From assembly GCA_963702305.1 (NCBI GenBank), contig CAVPBX010000007.1, positions 92,998 to 124,997 on the forward strand: a stretch of 32,000 nucleotides of DNA, given 5' to 3'. Every line of letters starts with the position of its first letter. Positions within the stretch are counted from its first letter, which is position 1. Origin of the DNA: an uncultured Acidimicrobiaceae bacterium (GTDB taxonomy: Bacteria; Actinomycetota; Acidimicrobiia; Acidimicrobiales; Palsa-688). A program made the position numbers and the translations under genes. This document shows positions 31,701 to 32,000 of this stretch, piece after piece. Below the pieces are notes generated by a model. The model had not been told where the DNA came from, searched no databases, and saw only the letters and a program-made list of their open reading frames with translations.

Positions 31701-32000
31701 CGCTCGTCGAGCGGACGGCGCATAACCTCGTCGATCACTGCCTGGTCGACCTCTAGAATCCGTTGGCTTTCTTGTTGGAGTCGAACCTCATTCGCGTCTT
31801 TCGCCTCTGCGTCGGAGAGGTACTGCTCGGGATAGCCCCGGTTCGTGGCCGCTACTGCCGCCCGCACCTCGATCACCGTTTGGGCAAGAAGGTGCCGGCG
31901 GATGTCGAACTGGAGAGTGAACCAGTCATCAGACGGGCTGTCGGAACTGGCTACGCCGCGATCTTCTCCGGCTATCCGGCGGCTCCACCACCAAAGCTCG
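31697..32000 (-). CDS. Hypothetical protein, C-terminal fragment (gene starts beyond the right edge)
   Basis: Open frame from the window edge to TGA 31697-31699: ...DDWFTLQFDIRRHLLAQTVIEVRAAVAATNRGYPEQYLSDAEAKDANEVRLQQESQRILEVDQAVIDEVMRRPLDER. Not in the supplied ORF track because it lacks a start codon in the window. Confidence 0.4.
   Translation of the reverse strand, partial: ELWWWSRRIAGEDRGVASSDSPSDDWFTLQFDIRRHLLAQTVIEVRAAVAATNRGYPEQYLSDAEAKDANEVRLQQESQRILEVDQAVIDEVMRRPLDER

Noticed and set aside
1-32000. A scan for rRNA, tRNA-like cloverleaf-forming segments and CRISPR repeat-spacer arrays
   Set aside because: I found no regularly spaced 25-40-bp repeats and no conserved rRNA or tRNA sequence blocks. 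This negative result rests on reading by eye only. tRNAscan, Infernal and a CRISPR finder should confirm it.

Overview
This is a high-GC (about 70% by eye) actinobacterial DNA segment, densely coded on both strands, with many 4-nt start/stop overlaps (ATGA/GTGA/TTGA) that I used to pick start codons. All calls come from reading motifs by eye; no database search was run. Left third (1-10.6 kb): housekeeping and stress genes, namely a DUF427 protein, an APH-like kinase, two ArsR operons, otsA, VOC/glyoxalase proteins, a patatin-like lipase, a RibD_C/DHFR-like protein, an HxlR regulator, SRPBCC and DinB-like proteins, and a zinc-ribbon/beta-propeller membrane protein. Middle (10.6-19.6 kb): antibiotic-resistance genes. 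These are a rifampin-phosphotransferase-like PEP-utilising enzyme with a GGGG..CTTG/CAAG..CCCC palindrome upstream, then a glycopeptide-resistance locus vanS-vanR / phosphodiester-glycosidase-like gene / vanH-vanA-vanX. The main finding is that the vanR-vanH control region occurs twice, as about 127-bp copies roughly 80% identical. The copies bracket the glycosidase-like gene and carry dead stubs of vanH (copy A) and vanR (copy B). vanHAX is also about 15 GC points lower than its flanks. Together this suggests a mosaic of two ancestral van clusters that leaves a non-van exo-enzyme behind a VanR-type promoter. Right third (19.6-28.7 kb): two more OmpR/HK pairs paralogous to VanRS, two paralogous lipoproteins built from a duplicated CMRSHG-x3-FPDP...C unit, and a MacAB-like exporter whose membrane-fusion protein has a peptidoglycan-binding domain. 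The third kinase and the second lipoprotein each appear frameshifted. The window ends with a translationally coupled toxin-antitoxin array (small ORF, doc pseudogene, Phd-like antitoxin, vapC) and a lower-GC region with poor coding signal. I saw no rRNA, tRNA, CRISPR array, transposase or integrase.
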